Shown here: positions 51,512-59,493 of the stretch, one piece after another
How positions within the stretch are numbered: position 1 is the first letter of the stretch
How the letters are laid out: every line of letters starts with the position of its first letter
DNA from: Chloroflexota bacterium
GTDB lineage: Bacteria > Chloroflexota > UBA11872 > VXOZ01
NCBI GenBank assembly: GCA_965221905.1
Contig: OZ244922.1
Coordinates: forward strand, 2,080,001 to 2,144,000
DNA: 64,000 nucleotides
Direction: 5' to 3'
The notes under the pieces: generated by a model
What the model was told of the DNA's origin: nothing
Seen by the model: only the letters and a program-made list of their open reading frames with translations
The model's database searches: none
Made by a program: the position numbers and the translations under genes

Positions 51512-54005
51512 GCCCGTGACCGTGGTCGTGCAAGCGTCCTTGAAGATGCGCTTTGGCATGCTGGAAAACCTGTCGCACACCGTTGTGTCGCTCAGCATCT
51601 CCACGCGTCGCAAGGGTGTCGAGCCAGGTCAGTCCGCCATCCAGAATTGTCATCATGTAAGTCGCGTCGCTGGGATTGAAGAGTTCCTGGTTATCGGCCA
51701 CGACGTACACCGGCGACGTGTGCGCCGCCACGTTTACGACCCAATAGTGCTGCACTTCCAGCGAGCTCACGCAGCGTGCCGCTATCCAGCCGCTCCCGTT
51801 GAGCTTCACTTCCCGGCTAAGCCGACAGGTCTTGCTACCGCTCGGCACTGTTTCCGTTGCAACCACGGCGCCGTTGCATACGATTTGAAGCTCGTGGAAC
51901 GGCAGCACCGATTCCACCCAAGCCTCGACTGTTAGCGTGCCGCCGCCGTTTGGCAACTTCAGCTCGTCGCCGGGGTGTTTCCCTTCAACCCGCACGTCTA
52001 TTAGCGGCCCGCTCGTTGTAAAAGTACGTCCTTGGCGGACGGCCCGTGCCCAGGTGTCAAAGGAAAAGTCATCCTGCAGCAGGGCGTACGTGCGCACGCC
52101 GCCGACCGGAATCCCTGCGCTCATTTTGTCCGTGCCGCCCACGGCAGCAACCCGGTAACCGTTGTTGAGAAACCGGTACCACTCGTGTATCCCGAATTGT
52201 TCCATGTTGGCAGTGAAGTACTTCATCTCTACCGCATCTACCTTACCGAGAACGATCTCCGCCACTGCTTCGGTATAGGGGTTCGGGAAGTGCGGAATGA
52301 CCACCAGGCCGTCGCGCTCGCGCGCGCGGTCCGCCCACTCACTCATGCTGCTGAGCACTGGATCTCCAATGTAGCTTTCACCGGGCCCGCCTGTGGTCAT
52401 GGGATACACCGGTTCGCCCTTCACTCCCAGCAGGCTGATGTGTCCCAGCAAATGCTGGCGATTCTCCGTACCCACATACACCACAGTGTCGTCCCTGCTG
52501 ACCCCGGAAACGTCGCCGGTGATATCCCCGACGTTCGTATAGAGATCGCCCCATTGGGAAGCGAGGAGGTTTATCAGATTCACGCCCTCCGCTTGGCCTT
52601 CAAGCCATGCCGTCTGTGGTGAAATGAAGTGCACGTGTGTGTCGGCGGTAACCCAGCCGTTTGCGCGCCAGTTCAGCGGACGCGCCAGCTTGAGCGTGAG
52701 TTCGCGTTGGCCGGGCGCGATATTGATCCGTTGGCGTAACGGTTGGTACTCAAACCCCTTGAAGATCTCAACGAACACATCACCTACCGGTAGCTCGATC
52801 TGGAATGTACCGTCAACGTAAGCGTACTGGGTCGTGCCTAGTTTCAGATCGCCGGCGTAATCTTCAAACCAGTTGTCATTCACTTCATGGCGATGACCGT
52901 ACGGTGGCAAGTAGCGGCCGTCGGGCGACCGGAAGTGGACGCGTGCAGCGGTGGGCTTGTCCGTAGTCGCATCTTCCAACCGCACGTGGACCCATGCACG
53001 TTCCGGGGTGAGGACCTCAACCAGGACTTTGCCGTCGCCGCTCTTGCTCTGACCCGTTTCGTAAAGCGAATCCATTGGCACGGCGCGACCGGCCACCTCC
53101 AGCGTGGCGTCAGGGCTGGCGGTCACATCCACGATGAGGGAATTCCCATCTTCTTTGCTCTCTGCCTCGCCCAAGCCGAGCGCTTCGTCCCTGAGCCAAG
53201 TATCCGGGTCGAACGCCGGTACCGCATACTTGCGCGCCAAGGTACCAAGGTCCACGGTCACCGGGGTGTCTTCGGGCGGCGCGCCATCCATTTCAGGCGG
53301 CAGCACTATGCGAAAGCTCTCCAATTGATTGTGGCGTAGGGGATGATGCTTGCCTGTAAACAGGGTGATGCCGGCAACCACCACGTTTCCGCTGCCGGTG
53401 GCAGCCAAGTGCAACGATTCCACAGTCTTTTCAGGGTACGGATTCGGTAAGGCGTAGATCCAATAGTATGACGATGTTCTTGCCCGCGACATTGCAATGC
53501 CCGTCTGCCAGTGCCCCCATGAGCCGCGAGGATACGGCCCGTTGATGTCCACCGGCTCCGTGGCATTCTGCGGCCGGGCGGCAAAGGCCATTTGTCCCCA
53601 AGCTACCGTCGAGTTGATCTCGAACCGCCGTCGGACCGGCTGCGACTGTTCGTCGCCGTCGGCGTATCCAAGCGTATAGGCAGCAAGCTGTTCGCCAGGT
53701 TGCATGACCATGCCGGTCATTCCGGGATTCTCTGATACACCTGGTTCTGCGTCACAGAAGTGCGCAATGACAAAATGCGTGATGCCGCTGCGGCCAACCG
53801 GTACGGCAACTCCATCTTTGCTCAACCTAATCCAGCTCTTGGTTGCATCTGAAGCCCCTAGCTCGAATGGAATTCCCCAATACGCTTGCTCTCCGTCCGG
53901 CAGGTTGTCCAGTTCACCCGCTACGGGACCATCCCAAGAGGACACGTCGTCTTGGCGCGCGGCATTTCGCACTGCCGACAGATCAAGAGGTATAGCGTGT
54001 ACCAT
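51501..54005 (-). CDS. CehA/McbA-type PHP-domain metallohydrolase with a large N-terminal extension
   Basis: GWVTADTHVH, HLLGH, PHFP, WYRFLN.G......GGTD, GRTFTTSGP, AHTSPVYV; AGGAGG RBS before ATG 54005. Confidence 0.82.
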   Translation of the reverse strand: MVHAIPLDLSAVRNAARQDDVSSWDGPVAGELDNLPDGEQAYWGIPFELGASDATKSWIRLSKDGVAVPVGRSGITHFVIAHFCDAEPGVSENPGMTGMVMQPGEQLAAYTLGYADGDEQSQPVRRRFEINSTVAWGQMAFAARPQNATEPVDINGPYPRGSWGHWQTGIAMSRARTSSYYWIYALPNPYPEKTVESLHLAATGSGNVVVAGITLFTGKHHPLRHNQLESFRIVLPPEMDGAPPEDTPVTVDLGTLARKYAVPAFDPDTWLRDEALGLGEAESKEDGNSLIVDVTASPDATLEVAGRAVPMDSLYETGQSKSGDGKVLVEVLTPERAWVHVRLEDATTDKPTAARVHFRSPDGRYLPPYGHRHEVNDNWFEDYAGDLKLGTTQYAYVDGTFQIELPVGDVFVEIFKGFEYQPLRQRINIAPGQRELTLKLARPLNWRANGWVTADTHVHFISPQTAWLEGQAEGVNLINLLASQWGDLYTNVGDITGDVSGVSRDDTVVYVGTENRQHLLGHISLLGVKGEPVYPMTTGGPGESYIGDPVLSSMSEWADRARERDGLVVIPHFPNPYTEAVAEIVLGKVDAVEMKYFTANMEQFGIHEWYRFLNNGYRVAAVGGTDKMSAGIPVGGVRTYALLQDDFSFDTWARAVRQGRTFTTSGPLIDVRVEGKHPGDELKLPNGGGTLTVEAWVESVLPFHELQIVCNGAVVATETVPSGSKTCRLSREVKLNGSGWIAARCVSSLEVQHYWVVNVAAHTSPVYVVADNQELFNPSDATYMMTILDGGLTWLDTLATRGDAERHNGVRQVFQHAKAHLQGRLHDHGHGHER

Positions 54006-54131
54006 CAATGCCCTCCTCATAAGGCCGTGGTCGAGGTAATTGGGAGTTTTCACACCCGGAATCTAACTGTGACTGCACGGTACCATGAACCCGTCAAGAG
54101 CAACACTAAGAAGCTCAACGGGGCAGCGGGA

Positions 54132-55088
54132 CTACTGCAGATGCGGGTTTTGAGGGTTCATGTCCTGCACGGCTTGCAGTGCCTGCATAGTTGGCAAGAC
54201 CGCTTCACCGGATACCATTGGTTCTCGCTCTTGGCGGAGCGCGCTGATGAATTCGATATTCTGCAAATACCCGGCGCTGGCTTCCTCATTTTCGCCACCG
54301 GCAGCCACTATCTGATCATTAGGATCAACCAGTCTTCTATCCCGGACCATCAACGTGGTCTCTTCACCAATGATCAGGATTTCGAGGAGAGGACGCATAG
54401 TGTTGTAGGAGAGCGCGCACGATACGATTTGGTCGCGTTGCGTACGCAGCGACACCGCCAGATCTAGAGGAATTCCAAGCTCTTGGTGCGGCGGCCCCAT
54501 GTAGCCCGCAATATCTTTGGCGGGCTCCCCCAGCAGCCAGAGCGCTGTATCTACCGCATGGCACCCGTGGTGCCAGAGCAAGTTGTCGGTCCACGAGCGT
54601 CGCCGTCCTTGCCAATTCACGTTCTCTCGGCGCAGGAACCCATAGTGAATATACAGGCTGTGAACATGCAACTCGCCTTCGGCAATGCGCTGCCGCACTG
54701 CCGACAGCGTCGGCCAAAAGCGCATGGTATGGGCGACCATCATGGTGCGGCCCTTCTGTTCGGCAAGCGCAGTGAGCATCTCGGACTCTTGTAGGGAGAG
54801 GGCGAGAGGGATCTCCACCAGCACGTGTTTGCCGGCCTCGAGCGCAGCCTGTGTTTGCGCTGCATGCCTCGCGCTGGGCGACGTGACGACGACCGCGTCT
54901 ATGTCATCTTGCGCCAGTGCTTCCGCGAGGTCCACCGTTGCCAAGGAAGCGCCGCACTTCTGCGCGAACGCCTGCGTTGGCTCCAAGAGCCGCCCGACCA
55001 CCGCCGTAATCTGAACACCGGGTATCCGGGCAAACGACCGACGATGGACATCGGCGATACTGCCGTACCCCACCATACATAGATTCAT
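54132..55088 (-). CDS. Gfo/Idh/MocA oxidoreductase resembling LigC/PmdC
   Basis: GYGSIA, HVLVEIP, RREN.N..G..RSWTDNLLWHH.CH.VD, which resembles the LigC-family motif. Confidence 0.82.
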   Translation of the reverse strand: MNLCMVGYGSIADVHRRSFARIPGVQITAVVGRLLEPTQAFAQKCGASLATVDLAEALAQDDIDAVVVTSPSARHAAQTQAALEAGKHVLVEIPLALSLQESEMLTALAEQKGRTMMVAHTMRFWPTLSAVRQRIAEGELHVHSLYIHYGFLRRENVNWQGRRRSWTDNLLWHHGCHAVDTALWLLGEPAKDIAGYMGPPHQELGIPLDLAVSLRTQRDQIVSCALSYNTMRPLLEILIIGEETTLMVRDRRLVDPNDQIVAAGGENEEASAGYLQNIEFISALRQEREPMVSGEAVLPTMQALQAVQDMNPQNPHLQ

Positions 55089-55225
55089 CGCGTGACTCTC
55101 ACTCTCATTGCAAGCTTCAAAGAGGCGCAACCCTTGAGCAGGACACCGCCCAACACACTAAACCTTGCACGAATTCCAAAGTAACCCGGCCCGGCCTTCG
55201 CGCCTCATGCGCTCTGCAATCGGCG

Positions 55226-55678
55226 TCAGCGCGTGTGGCCGACGAGGCTCGTGGTAGTTACTGCCTCTGCCAAGACTTCCTCGGTAATTTCGCCATCGGG
55301 CCTTTTGGGAATGACAAAGGCGCGACGGTTTACGTCGGTATCCACCACTTGCAGCGTTTCGTCGGGTCCAAGTTCGGTGCCCATCTGCTTTAGCCAAGCT
55401 GCGGGATCACTGATGATGGCGGTCTTGTAGTTCGGGTCTTTCCAAAAGTGGGGTGCCCCGCCTAAGAATGACGGGTAACAGCTACACGGCGTGCAGATAA
55501 TCATGTGATGCGTGGAGCCAGTATTGTCATAAACGGCCAGGGACAGATGACCCGGCACGTCGATATTGAGTTCCTCCAGTGCTCCACGTGGATCGCGCAG
55601 CAGCAGGTTCCTGAAGTTCCCATCTTCCCAGACACGCTTGATCACTCTTCGCGCGTCAAGATTGTCAGCCTGTGTCAT
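55226..55678 (-). CDS. Nitrile hydratase alpha-subunit-like protein, N-terminally short, no beta subunit nearby
   Basis: W.D..FR..LL.DP, NT..THHMIICTPCSCYP..LG..P..WK...Y, V.D....R..VIPKRP.G, VT..SLVG; AGGAGA RBS. Confidence 0.88.
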   Translation of the reverse strand: MTQADNLDARRVIKRVWEDGNFRNLLLRDPRGALEELNIDVPGHLSLAVYDNTGSTHHMIICTPCSCYPSFLGGAPHFWKDPNYKTAIISDPAAWLKQMGTELGPDETLQVVDTDVNRRAFVIPKRPDGEITEEVLAEAVTTTSLVGHTR

Positions 55679-55834
55679 TTGGTGTCTCCTTTGTGTATCG
55701 GGACTAGCATACCATATACTTTCGGATACACCTGCGATTGGTTCCCGGTGTCACAGTCCACGATAGGCTCATATGCCTTGAGATCGACATAGGTTGTTGC
55801 GAATTATTGTATAACGTGATCAGTTGCCCGCATC

Positions 55835-55863
55835 TTGCCAAGAAACTGTCAACTCGATATAAT
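55835..55863 (+). promoter_or_regulatory. Sigma70 promoter for tRNA-Gly (and possibly tig)
   Basis: TTGCCA-17bp-TATAAT. Confidence 0.7.
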
Positions 55864-55881
55864 GATTGCGTGTCAAAGTGT

Positions 55882-55953
55882 GCGGAAGTGGCTCAGAGGT
55901 AGAGCATCACCTTGCCAAGGTGAGGGTCACGGGTTCGAATCCCGTCTTCCGCT
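55882..55953 (+). tRNA. tRNA-Gly (GCC); CCA not encoded
   Basis: GCGGAAG/CTTCCGC acceptor stem, GCTC/GAGC D arm, TCACC-TTGCCAA-GGTGA anticodon arm, ACGGG-TTCGAAT-CCCGT T arm, discriminator T. Confidence 0.97.
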
Positions 55954-55985
55954 CCCGGCGAGTCACGAGAACGCCGACGTTAGAG

Positions 55986-56020
55986 AAAAAGAGCGCTGCT
56001 AAGGCTGCGCCTCTTTTTTT
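55986..56020 (+). terminator. Candidate intrinsic terminator after tRNA-Gly
   Basis: Imperfect GC hairpin flanked by A5 and T7. Confidence 0.55.
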
Positions 56021-56105
56021 GCTATGTCACGAACTTTCGCGAAAACTGAAGAGTTAGATACCTGCACCTTCAACGGTGTTGCGGTAAGGGAGAGCATACA
56101 CGGCA

Positions 56106-57542
56106 ATGATGATCACGGTAGAGTCGGAACAACTCGAAAAGAGCCGGGTGAAACTTACGGTGGATGTGCCGCTCGAAGAGGTTGAGACGGCTTACAAGCG
56201 TGCCGTACGCCGTGTCAGCGACAAGGTCAATATTCCCGGATTCCGCCGCGGCCGTGCGCCGCAGGCCCTGGTAGAGCGACACGCCGGGGTAGAATCGGTC
56301 TTCCGCGAAGCACTCGATCGTCTGGTGCCTGAGGCGTATGCGGAAGCAGTAAATCAGGCGGAAATCCAGCCTGTGGGTAATCCGGAACTCGAGTTGCTGC
56401 AAGCCGAGAAAGATGAAGCGGTGTCATTCGCCGCCACGGTGCCGGTGAAACCGGAAGTTGATACGGGTGACTACCGGGCCATCCAGATTACCAAGGAAAA
56501 GCGGCTCGTAACCGAAGAAGACATTGAAGTTGTGCTGAGAAGCCTCGAACAGCAAATGGTGCAGTGGGACGACGTCGAACGTCCTGTAGAAATCGGTGAT
56601 CGCGTCAGTCTGGACTTGCGCATCAGCGTAGAAGGCCGCACCGTCAGCAATACGCCTGGCGCCAACCTGATTATTGGCGAGAACACCATGCCGGAAGGGT
56701 TCGACGAAGCCGCCACCGGTATGGTCGCCGACCAAGAACGTTCCTTCATTCTCTTGTTGCCGGAAGACTATGCCGTCGAAGCGGTTCGCGGTAAGTCGGC
56801 TGACTTTGAGATCAAGGTGCTGGGCACGTCGGAGAAAAGACTCCTGGGGTTGACTGACGAATTAGCGAAGACCACAGGCGGATTCGAGACTATCGTTGAC
56901 CTGCGAGCGGACGTGCGCAAGCGCTTGGAAGAGCGTGCCGAGCAGGACGCCGAGCAACAGGCCGAGAACACCCTCGTCCAAGAGCTTTTATCCGGCGCCA
57001 CGTTCGAAGTGCCGGATGTCCTAATCGAGGAACAGGCCCAGCGCTTGGAGCAGCGTGAAGCCTTTGAAGCATCGCAGCGGGGCATACCCAAAGAATACTA
57101 CCTCCAGATGATCAATCTCTCGGAAGAAGATTGGAAGCAACGCATTTTTGAACGGGCAGAAGGCATGGTGCGCAACTTCATTGCGATCGATGCTGTAGCC
57201 AGTCAAGAAGACATTATTGTCCCTGTCGAAGAAATCGAGGCGGAAATTGTGCAGAGCATGGCAAACTATCGTAATCAAATCGCGCAGCAAGAGCAACAAG
57301 CAGGGATGATCGTAACAGAGAAGCAGCCGTCGAAGGACGAAATTCAGGCGCAATTTCAGAAGATGCAGCAATATCTGAATAGTGAAGCCTCGCGCACCAA
57401 CATCGCCATGAATCTGCGCATGCGTAAGACGATCGACTTCCTGAAAGAGACCGTCAAAATTGAGGAAGTCACTGTGGAAGCCAAACCGGAAGAAATACCG
57501 GATGCAGAATCCTCGATTGAAACACCGGCCCCACAGTCCTAG
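56106..57542 (+). CDS. tig: Trigger factor
   Basis: IPGFRRGRAP ribosome-binding signature, FKBP-like middle domain, C-terminal domain. Confidence 0.95.
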   Translation: MMITVESEQLEKSRVKLTVDVPLEEVETAYKRAVRRVSDKVNIPGFRRGRAPQALVERHAGVESVFREALDRLVPEAYAEAVNQAEIQPVGNPELELLQAEKDEAVSFAATVPVKPEVDTGDYRAIQITKEKRLVTEEDIEVVLRSLEQQMVQWDDVERPVEIGDRVSLDLRISVEGRTVSNTPGANLIIGENTMPEGFDEAATGMVADQERSFILLLPEDYAVEAVRGKSADFEIKVLGTSEKRLLGLTDELAKTTGGFETIVDLRADVRKRLEERAEQDAEQQAENTLVQELLSGATFEVPDVLIEEQAQRLEQREAFEASQRGIPKEYYLQMINLSEEDWKQRIFERAEGMVRNFIAIDAVASQEDIIVPVEEIEAEIVQSMANYRNQIAQQEQQAGMIVTEKQPSKDEIQAQFQKMQQYLNSEASRTNIAMNLRMRKTIDFLKETVKIEEVTVEAKPEEIPDAESSIETPAPQS

Positions 57543-57606
57543 ACTCAGCTTCTCTGTTACTGCGGGATGAGGCTACATGTGGAAACTAACGCACACCGCT
57601 GATTTG

Positions 57607-57645
57607 AGACCGACATCTGATTTTGGATGTCGGTCTTTTGCTTTT
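57607..57645 (+). terminator. Intrinsic terminator after tig
   Basis: AGACCGACATC / GATGTCGGTCT 11-bp stem followed by a T-rich tract. Confidence 0.8.
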
Positions 57646-57695
57646 CGTGCCGCTGTATCCATCTTTGCGCTGCACTGTGCACTTGAGGCGATCCG

Positions 57696-58703
57696 ATGAG
57701 CGCTCCGCCGAGCAATCAGATGCAAGAAGGTACAGTCCTGCGGGTTTCACGTGGGGAATACGTCGTAAAGACCGATTTCGGCACGTTTAACTGCAAGCTT
57801 CGAGGAAAGTTGCGCAAGGAGTTTGTCTACTCCACGAGCAAGAGCAGAGCGCCCCGCGTGCAGAGGGTACAGCCAACCCAATCACGTTCTCCCGTTAGCA
57901 TCGGCGATCACGTACGCATTCGTTCGTTTGGGCCAGGCACCGGCGTGATCGAAGAGATTCTGCGGGATGATGACGAGACGTGGGGAATCATACGCCAAGC
58001 TCCTGAGAGCAAGCGTGCTCACGTGCTTGCGGCGAATGTCGACCAAATTGTGATTGTGCTGGCAGCCTCGGAACCGTCGCCGGACTTTATTCTGCTCGAC
58101 CGCTACCTTGTGATCGCCGAGTACCACACTCTGCCCACGCTCTTGGTGCTAAATAAGATTGACCGGGGCATTCCGGCTGAAGTTGTGGAAGAGTTTTCCG
58201 GTTATCAACGCCTTGGCTACACCGTACTCCATACGAGTGTCCCGGACTGCAGCGGGATAGCAACGTTGCGGGATACATTGCAGGGCATGCGGACTGTCTT
58301 TAGCGGAGTTTCCGGCGTCGGCAAGTCGTCTCTCATAAACCGTCTAGCGGCAAGCTCCGAACTGCCGACGGGCGCCGTTGGCGCGAAAGGCGAAGGTCGC
58401 CACATCACCACACGCTCCGAAACAATCACGCTCGACGAAGAATCCCTTGTGATGGATACGCCGGGGCTGCGTAAGTTGACCTCCTGGAGCATTCTGCCCG
58501 AGGACCTGCCCCATCTATTTCCTGAAATCCGTAAGCTGATAGGTACATGCCGGTTCCGTGACTGTGCGCATCTCGACGAGCCCGGCTGCGCTGTAGGGAT
58601 GGCACGGGACGCCGGCGACATGGCGCCGCGCCGCTATAGGAGCTACGTGCTCTTCTACCACGAGCTTTCCTCACAAAACCTGGCGCCCTGGGAACAGGCA
58701 TGA
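57696..58703 (+). CDS. rsgA: Ribosome small subunit-dependent GTPase A
   Basis: AANVD, NKID, GVSGVGKSS, GRHITT, DTPG, CRFRDCAH..EPGC. Confidence 0.95.
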   Translation: MSAPPSNQMQEGTVLRVSRGEYVVKTDFGTFNCKLRGKLRKEFVYSTSKSRAPRVQRVQPTQSRSPVSIGDHVRIRSFGPGTGVIEEILRDDDETWGIIRQAPESKRAHVLAANVDQIVIVLAASEPSPDFILLDRYLVIAEYHTLPTLLVLNKIDRGIPAEVVEEFSGYQRLGYTVLHTSVPDCSGIATLRDTLQGMRTVFSGVSGVGKSSLINRLAASSELPTGAVGAKGEGRHITTRSETITLDEESLVMDTPGLRKLTSWSILPEDLPHLFPEIRKLIGTCRFRDCAHLDEPGCAVGMARDAGDMAPRRYRSYVLFYHELSSQNLAPWEQA

Positions 58704-58845
58704 GATGGTTCGGCATACTTTCTGCCTCCCGGATACGCATGGCCGGACTACGATGCTCGGCGCATCCTCGCGCCCCAAATTGACCGGTAACGAGTCTGTC
58801 GCTTACTCTATTCACCATACAAAGACTTTAGCGTTAGGGGTCTGA

Positions 58846-59493
58846 GTGGCGGTGAATACTCCAAAGCAAGCAGCATGTGAATTGGTGTCTCCCGTAAACC
58901 AAACTTCTCGACCGCTTCTAATAGTGCTTTCCGGTCCATCGGGAGCGGGAAAAGACTCGATTATCGACGGCCTCATCGATAGAGGGATCGCGTTCTATCG
59001 GGCGATCACCGCAGTCACTCGTGATCCGCGTCCGGGGGAAATTAGTGGCACTCACCATTACTTTCTGACCCCGGAAGAATTCCTGCAGTGGGAATCCCAA
59101 GGGAAGTTCCTGGAAACCGCAATCGTTTACGGGCACCGCTACGGTACGCCGCTGCATGAAGTCGTGGAGGCGATGGACACGGGACGTGACGTTCTCTTGC
59201 GGGTGGACGTGCAGGGAGCCGCTTCAATCCGCCAGCGCATGTCGAAGAGCATCCACATATTCATTGGAGTACCGGACCTCTCCTTGGAAACCTTTCAGGA
59301 GCGCAGAGACCACCGTGGCGCCGAATCGCCTGAAGATAGAGCAGAACGCGATTCTCTCCTGCGGGAAGAGCTCGCGGCTATTCCCCATTTCGACTATTAT
59401 GTGACCAATGAAACCGGTAAGATTGACCGGGCCATAGACCAAGTTAGCGCCATCATCACGGCGGAAAAGTGTCGGATTTGCCCGCGCGGGTGA
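58846..59493 (+). CDS. gmk: Guanylate kinase
   Basis: SGPSGAGKDS, TR.PRPGE..G..Y.F, YGT, DVQGA. Confidence 0.94.
   Translation: MAVNTPKQAACELVSPVNQTSRPLLIVLSGPSGAGKDSIIDGLIDRGIAFYRAITAVTRDPRPGEISGTHHYFLTPEEFLQWESQGKFLETAIVYGHRYGTPLHEVVEAMDTGRDVLLRVDVQGAASIRQRMSKSIHIFIGVPDLSLETFQERRDHRGAESPEDRAERDSLLREELAAIPHFDYYVTNETGKIDRAIDQVSAIITAEKCRICPRG

Noticed and set aside
55226-55678. NHLP RiPP precursor
   Set aside because: It retains the CxxCSC metal motif, has no double-glycine site with a C-terminal core, and no YcaO/LanM enzyme or transporter is nearby.
55882-55956. tRNA-Gly as an integration site or an intron-containing RtcB substrate
   Set aside because: No duplicated 3' end, integrase or intron was seen; a non-encoded CCA is common.
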